This document shows, one piece after another, positions 63,851-64,000 of a DNA stretch of 64,000 bases. How positions within the stretch are numbered: the stretch's first letter is position 1; each line of letters begins with the position of its first letter. The notes under the pieces were generated by a model. That model was not told the origin of the DNA. It worked only from the letters and a program-made list of their open reading frames with translations, and ran no database searches. The position numbers and the translations under genes are program-made. This DNA is from Eledone cirrhosa (taxonomy: Eukaryota). The stretch is taken from NCBI GenBank assembly GCA_964016885.1, contig OZ024741.1:278504001-278568000 (forward strand). Direction: 5' to 3'.

Positions 63851-64000
63851 CATCATCATCAACGTTTTACGTCCATTCTTCCACGCTAGCATGGGTTAGA
63901 CGGGTTGTCCTGTTGTGGGCAATGCCAGGTCAGGTGACCATGCCTTGCTCATACAGGAACTGATTCTGGCTTCCTAACTGATTCTGCCCTTCCTAACACC
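63851..64000 (-). mobile_element. RTE 3' tail, running off the window
   Basis: (cat)n-aacgttttacgtccattcttccacgctagcatggg... Confidence 0.8.

Overview
AT-rich, microsatellite-laden animal genomic DNA. The repeat complement (RTE LINEs with (GAT)n tails, tRNA-like SINEs) suggests an octopod cephalopod; this is inference. The window lies inside one + strand axonemal dynein heavy chain gene, best matching DNAH6 from memory. Nine GT-AG exons (3082-63733) splice with consistent phases into 1425 nt / 475 stop-free codons, covering the end of AAA4, the stalk coiled coils and the microtubule-binding domain. The introns are almost entirely mobile DNA: young RTE LINEs with a PHD-type finger after the RT, an RTE with three C2H2 fingers, three stacked R4/Dong-type LINE copies in a (TATG)n tract, a CR1 fragment, two Penelope-like elements (RT + GIY-YIG), SINEs, piggyBac-type MITEs and Helitron-like elements. 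The most striking signal, invisible in the ORF track, is a set of sequence-unrelated hammerhead-ribozyme motifs: five near-complete families plus several halves. Most sit in fold-back units of the form inverted copy + ribozyme segment + unpaired tail + (TA)n. These include a perfect 336-bp palindrome, a possible ORF-less retrozyme-like 438-bp unit and a hammerhead with an 85-nt stem II. Many are in the sense strand of the dynein pre-mRNA. All calls are by eye; element boundaries are approximate unless stated.
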